64,000 nt of DNA, taken from the NCBI GenBank assembly GCA_947427095.1, contig CANEGO010000002.1:99810-163809 (forward strand). Direction: 5' to 3'. The position numbers and the translations under genes are program-made. The notes beneath the pieces were generated by a model. That model saw only the letters and a program-made list of their open reading frames with translations. It made no database searches and was not told the DNA's origin. Of this stretch, positions 60,216-64,000 are shown piece by piece. Origin of the DNA: an uncultured Clostridium sp. (GTDB lineage: Bacteria; Bacillota_I; Bacilli_A; RF39; UBA660). Numbering within the stretch: the first letter of the stretch is position 1; every line of letters begins with the position of its first letter.

Positions 60216-60244
60216 ATTATACAGTATTAATACTATTAAGTAAA
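60216..60244 (-). promoter_or_regulatory. Predicted sigma-A promoter on the minus strand, driving an approximately 85-nt antisense RNA that ends at the shared terminator
   Basis: On the minus strand: TTTACT, a 17-nt spacer, then the extended -10 CTGTATAAT. The predicted start lies just upstream of GAGAGUACCUAA. Confidence 0.5.
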
Positions 60245-60332
60245 TAAAAAATTATTTTAAAACTTGACATAATCTTAGATAAGATATGGTATTTTTTTGC
60301 TTTTATGATACAATATACGTTAAGGTGATTTT

Positions 60333-61676
60333 ATGGATTCCGTTAATGAATTTTTAAAAACTTTAAATATAAATAAGAATGATACATTAATTGTTGCTGT
60401 GTCTTTTGGGCCAGATTCTATGGCATTATTAAATATTATAAAAAGAGTGTATCCTAATAATAAAATAGTTTGTGCTCATGTACATCATAATCATAGAAAA
60501 GAAAGTGATATAGAATGTGACGAGTTGAGAAAATATTGTGTTAAAAGCAAGATAGATTTTGAATTTATGAAAATAGAATCTTATAAAAATGATATGTTTA
60601 CCGAAGAGGAAGCAAGAAGTAAAAGATATTCTTTCTTTGATTCTTTGATAAAAAAATATGGCTCTAATTATTTATTTACGGCACACCATGGTGATGATTT
60701 AGTTGAAACCGTATTGATGAGAATAATAAGGGGTTCTTCGCTTAAAGGATATGCTGGAATACCACTTATTAGTAAACGAAAAAGTTATAATCTTATTAGG
60801 CCATTTCTTTTTGTTACCAAAGATGATATATTAAGTTATTGTAATGAAAATAATATTTCTTATGCTGTGGATAAGTCCAATTCGGATGACTCATATACAA
60901 GAAATAGGTATAGAAAATACGTATTACCATGTCTTAAACAAGAAAATCCATTAGTTCACAAACAGTTTTTAAAGTTTTCCACAGTATTAAATGAATATGA
61001 TAATTACTTTGAGAAAGTTATTGATAAGTTATATCCTAGTGTTATAACTCAAAATGAAATAAACGTAAGTGAACTTTTAAAACAGGATGATTTGATTATA
61101 AAAAGATTGATTATGAGGTATTTATACGATAATTATAAAGAAGAAATTACTTACGTAGAAAGTGATAACATCGATTTAGTCCTTTCTCTTGTTAAAAGTA
61201 AAAAAACATGTAGTGAAATTTCTTTACCTAGAAAAAAAACGTTAATAAAGTCTTATAATAAGATATATTTCGATAATGGTTTTAAATATAATGATTATTG
61301 TTTTGTGTTTGATGGTTATGAAAAGTTGCCTAATGATTTTATAATTAATAAGATTGGTAATCTAGAAAATACCACTAATTACGTTACTGCTTTTAATAGT
61401 CAGGATATTAGTTTTCCACTATACATAAGAAACGTTATTAATGGTGACAAAATCGAGGTTCTAGGACTTAATGGTTCAAAAAAAGTACATGATATTTTTA
61501 TTACGGAAAAGATTCCTAAACGATTTAGAGAAGTATATCCATTATTAGTAGATAGTGAAGGTAAAATACTTTGGATACCTGGTGTTAAAAAATCTAAATA
61601 TGATAAGTCAAAACAAGGGAAATATGATATAATATTAAAGTATTACAAGGAGGAAAAAAATGACAGGACAAAATAG
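60333..61676 (+). CDS. tilS: tRNA(Ile)-lysidine synthetase TilS
   Basis: PP-loop (VAVSFGPDSMAL) and a C-terminal TilS substrate-binding domain; 447 aa. Confidence 0.85.
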   Translation: MDSVNEFLKTLNINKNDTLIVAVSFGPDSMALLNIIKRVYPNNKIVCAHVHHNHRKESDIECDELRKYCVKSKIDFEFMKIESYKNDMFTEEEARSKRYSFFDSLIKKYGSNYLFTAHHGDDLVETVLMRIIRGSSLKGYAGIPLISKRKSYNLIRPFLFVTKDDILSYCNENNISYAVDKSNSDDSYTRNRYRKYVLPCLKQENPLVHKQFLKFSTVLNEYDNYFEKVIDKLYPSVITQNEINVSELLKQDDLIIKRLIMRYLYDNYKEEITYVESDNIDLVLSLVKSKKTCSEISLPRKKTLIKSYNKIYFDNGFKYNDYCFVFDGYEKLPNDFIINKIGNLENTTNYVTAFNSQDISFPLYIRNVINGDKIEVLGLNGSKKVHDIFITEKIPKRFREVYPLLVDSEGKILWIPGVKKSKYDKSKQGKYDIILKYYKEEKNDRTK

Positions 61677-63651
61677 TCAAAACATGAAAAAGGGAATGTT
61701 TCCTTATTTTTTACTACTAGCTATTGGACTATCAATATTGTTCTTTTATAGTATGACTAGTGGAACTAATAAGGAATTAACTTATAATGAGTTTAATAAA
61801 GCATTATCTAAAAATAATATAGAAGAGGTTGTAATTACCCCATCTACGGCTGCATATACTTATCAAATCACTGGTAAGTTAAAAGATGCTAAAGAGGGAG
61901 AAACTTTTAGCGTAAAGACTCCGTTATCAGATACAGTAATTAATAAAATTGTAGATGCAAGTGATGAAAAAGATTTTAAAATAGTGTCTAAAGCTGATCC
62001 ATCCGCTAGCCCATGGCTATCATTTTTAATAAATGTAGCTCCTACGCTTTTACTTATAGGCCTTGCTTTTTGGTTTTTTACTAAGCAGCTTAATGGTCAA
62101 AAAGGATCGATGGACTTTGGAAGAAGTAAGGCTAAACTAAATCCAGATAAGGGCAGGATAACCTTTAAGGATGTTGCGGGCCTTCCAGAGGAAAAAGAAG
62201 AATTGCAGGAGCTAATAGACTTCTTAAAATATCCTAAAAAATTCCAAAAATTAGGGGCTAGAATTCCTAAAGGAGTACTTTTAGTAGGGCCTCCGGGAAC
62301 TGGTAAAACATTACTTGCAAAGGCTGTTGCAGGTGAAGCAAACGCACCATTTTATTTTATATCGGGTTCTGATTTTGTTGAATTATATGTTGGTGTTGGA
62401 GCATCTAGAGTTAGAGATATGTTTAAACAAGCTAAGCAAAATGCACCTTGTTTAATATTTATTGATGAAATTGATGCTGTAGGCCGTCAGCGTGGTACTG
62501 GTATTGGTGGCGGGCATGATGAAAGAGAACAAACGCTTAACCAATTATTAACGGAAATGGATGGTTTTGGAGCAAATGAAGGTATTATAATTATCGCTGC
62601 AACCAACAGACCTGACGTACTTGATCCAGCTTTACTTAGACCAGGACGTTTTGATAGACAGGTTACGGTTGCACTTCCTGAACAAAAAGCAAGGGAAGAA
62701 ATTTTAAAAGTACATGCAAGAAACAAAGTGTTATCAAAGGGTGTACACCTAGATAGTATTGCTAAGAGAACAGTCGGATTTTCAGGAGCAGATTTAGAAA
62801 ATCTGCTTAATGAAGCGGCACTTCTTGCAGTTAGAAGAGAAAAAGGGGCTATTACCATGTCAGAAATAGATGAGGCAATAGATAGAGTTATAATGGGCCC
62901 TGCAAAGGTAACTAAAAAGTATACTGCAAAGGAAAAGAAGCTTGTTGCATATCATGAGGCGGGTCATGCCGTACTTGGTATTAAACTTGATGATGCCAAT
63001 GACGTTCAAAAAGTAACAATAATACCTAGAGGTCAAGCTGGTGGTTATAATTTAATGTTACCAAAAGAAGAAAAGTATACTGCTACTAAAACCGAGTTAC
63101 TAGAACAAATAATGGGATTACTTGGAGGTCGAGTTGCGGAAGAAGTGGTTTTCGACGAAATTACGACGGGTGCTCATAATGACTTTGAAAAAGCAACTAA
63201 AATTGCTAGAAGCATGGTAACCGAATATGGTATGTCTACGCTTGGGCCAATACAATTAGAAACTCCAGAAGGAAGTTCTTTCTTAGGAAGAGATTATAAT
63301 AAAAACCGTAATTTTTCTGATCAAGTTGCTCTTGAGATAGATAATGAAGTAAGAAACATAATTAATGATTGTTACGATAAAGCTAAGAAAATTATCGAAA
63401 AAAATAGAGATTTACTTGATTTAATAGCTAATTCTTTGATTGAACATGAAACTTTAACAAAAGAACAAATTGACTATTTAGCAGAAAATGGTAAAATGCC
63501 AGCAGATGATATGTTAGATGATGTTTCACTATCTAAATTAAAAGAAATGGCAAAAGAGAAGAAAATTAAAGGATTTAGTTCTATGAATAAAGATGAACTA
63601 AAGAAAGTTTTAACAGAAGAATTAACTGATAATAATAAGAAAAGCGACTAA
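61660..63651 (+). CDS. ftsH: ATP-dependent zinc metalloprotease FtsH
   Basis: Two N-terminal TM helices, AAA Walker [12 protein letters not shown], and zinc-binding HEAGHA. Confidence 0.97.
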   Translation: MTGQNSQNMKKGMFPYFLLLAIGLSILFFYSMTSGTNKELTYNEFNKALSKNNIEEVVITPSTAAYTYQITGKLKDAKEGETFSVKTPLSDTVINKIVDASDEKDFKIVSKADPSASPWLSFLINVAPTLLLIGLAFWFFTKQLNGQKGSMDFGRSKAKLNPDKGRITFKDVAGLPEEKEELQELIDFLKYPKKFQKLGARIPKGVLLVGPPGTGKTLLAKAVAGEANAPFYFISGSDFVELYVGVGASRVRDMFKQAKQNAPCLIFIDEIDAVGRQRGTGIGGGHDEREQTLNQLLTEMDGFGANEGIIIIAATNRPDVLDPALLRPGRFDRQVTVALPEQKAREEILKVHARNKVLSKGVHLDSIAKRTVGFSGADLENLLNEAALLAVRREKGAITMSEIDEAIDRVIMGPAKVTKKYTAKEKKLVAYHEAGHAVLGIKLDDANDVQKVTIIPRGQAGGYNLMLPKEEKYTATKTELLEQIMGLLGGRVAEEVVFDEITTGAHNDFEKATKIARSMVTEYGMSTLGPIQLETPEGSSFLGRDYNKNRNFSDQVALEIDNEVRNIINDCYDKAKKIIEKNRDLLDLIANSLIEHETLTKEQIDYLAENGKMPADDMLDDVSLSKLKEMAKEKKIKGFSSMNKDELKKVLTEELTDNNKKSD

Positions 63652-63668
63652 TTGTTAGTCGCTTTTTT
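63644..63668. terminator. Bidirectional terminator shared by convergent ftsH and the PBP gene
   Basis: GCGACTAA-TTG-TTAGTCGC hairpin plus T6. Both stop codons lie inside the stem (CTAA overlap). Confidence 0.6.
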
Positions 63669-64000
63669 AGTGGTAGTTTTTTTCTTTTTATTTGTTTTAT
63701 TTACATAACTAGGCTCAGTTCCTTTAATATAATATAAAATCTTTTTAAGCTTTGATTCGTTTGTTGCTACTTCTCCGGTTTGAACATCAGTTAATACTCC
63801 AACAACGTTATCTGGTTTTTCATACCAACTTTGTTTTTTATCCCTTAGGTAACTTTCTATCGCATCTGCCCATATGTTTTTAGAATATTTATATTCTTTG
63901 TTTGATAATTTTCTATTATCATCATACCCAGTCCATACCCCGACTACAATATCTGGATTATAACCAACAGTCCATAAGTCATAGTCTGTCGTTCCACTTT
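63648..64000 (-). CDS. C-terminal end (116 codons, partial) of a penicillin-binding protein / transpeptidase
   Basis: Reverse translation gives ..SGTTDYDLWTVGYNPDIVVGVWTGYDDNRKL.. (the KTG(T/S) region and downstream PBP motif), then a Lys/Thr-rich tail. The 5' part lies outside the window. Confidence 0.6.
   Translation of the reverse strand, partial: SGTTDYDLWTVGYNPDIVVGVWTGYDDNRKLSNKEYKYSKNIWADAIESYLRDKKQSWYEKPDNVVGVLTDVQTGEVATNESKLKKILYYIKGTEPSYVNKTNKKKKTTTKKATNN

Noticed and set aside
1-64000. Possibility of a Mollicutes-type genetic code (TGA=Trp) given the very low GC content and the short SRP RNA
   Set aside because: The large conserved genes (rpoB, rpoC, mfd, gyrA, ftsH) are uninterrupted under the standard code, and TGA is used as a stop. 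Sporulation genes are also present.
1-64000. tRNA, rRNA and CRISPR arrays
   Set aside because: No T-loop GGTTCGA(A/T)TCC motifs, no rRNA-like GC-rich conserved blocks, and no regularly spaced direct repeats were seen.

Overview
This is a low-GC (about 28-30% G+C), standard-genetic-code, endospore-forming Firmicutes chromosome centred on the replication origin. TGA is not a sense codon: rpoB, rpoC, mfd and gyrA read through intact. On the minus strand the origin-proximal block runs rpmH-rnpA-yidC-jag-(HExxH protein)-mnmE | (DUF1016 nuclease)-(GNAT)-mnmG-rsmG-(N/Q-rich protein)-rpiB-spoIID-spoIIQ-like-spoIIID. On the plus strand it runs oriC/dnaA-dnaN-(HAD-like)-(ComK-like)-recF-gyrB-gyrA-ffs-tadA-dnaX-ybaB-recR-bofA-holB-ricT-MTase-pth-mfd-spoVT*-tatD-3D protein-rsmA-yabG-veg-[two large surface proteins]-spoVG-yabP-yabQ-divIC-mrnC-rlmB-sigH-secE-nusG-rplK-rplA-rplJ-rplL-membrane protein-MTase-rpoB-rpoC-unknown-[small toxin-like ORF]-tilS-ftsH, with a convergent PBP 3' end at the right edge. 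Two DnaA-box clusters bracket dnaA and a (TA)n unwinding element sits before dnaN. No tRNA, rRNA or CRISPR was seen. The backbone is Bacillus-like housekeeping synteny, with these departures: (1) a 5-copy family of 18-24 bp perfect palindromes (ATGTTYCACGTGRAACAT) around tadA, two of them in frame inside dnaX; (2) a type-I toxin-antitoxin-like module between rpoC and tilS, with convergent promoters, a shared bidirectional terminator and 12-bp inverted repeats; (3) a ComK-family regulator and a degenerate HAD protein inserted between dnaN and recF, with a DnaA box on the ComK-like promoter; (4) a terminator plus a PD-(D/E)XK (DUF1016) nuclease and a GNAT gene splitting mnmE from mnmG; (5) a membrane-anchored HExxH zincin between mnmE and jag; (6) spoVT carrying a single in-frame TAG; (7) a translationally coupled pair of giant adhesin-like proteins (CnaB/DUF1*/SpaA-like, possibly thioester-type) replacing sspF-ispE-purR between veg and spoVG; and (8) a 393-aa N/Q-rich protein where noc-parAB normally sit. 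All calls are from manual translation and motif recognition only; no database searches were run.
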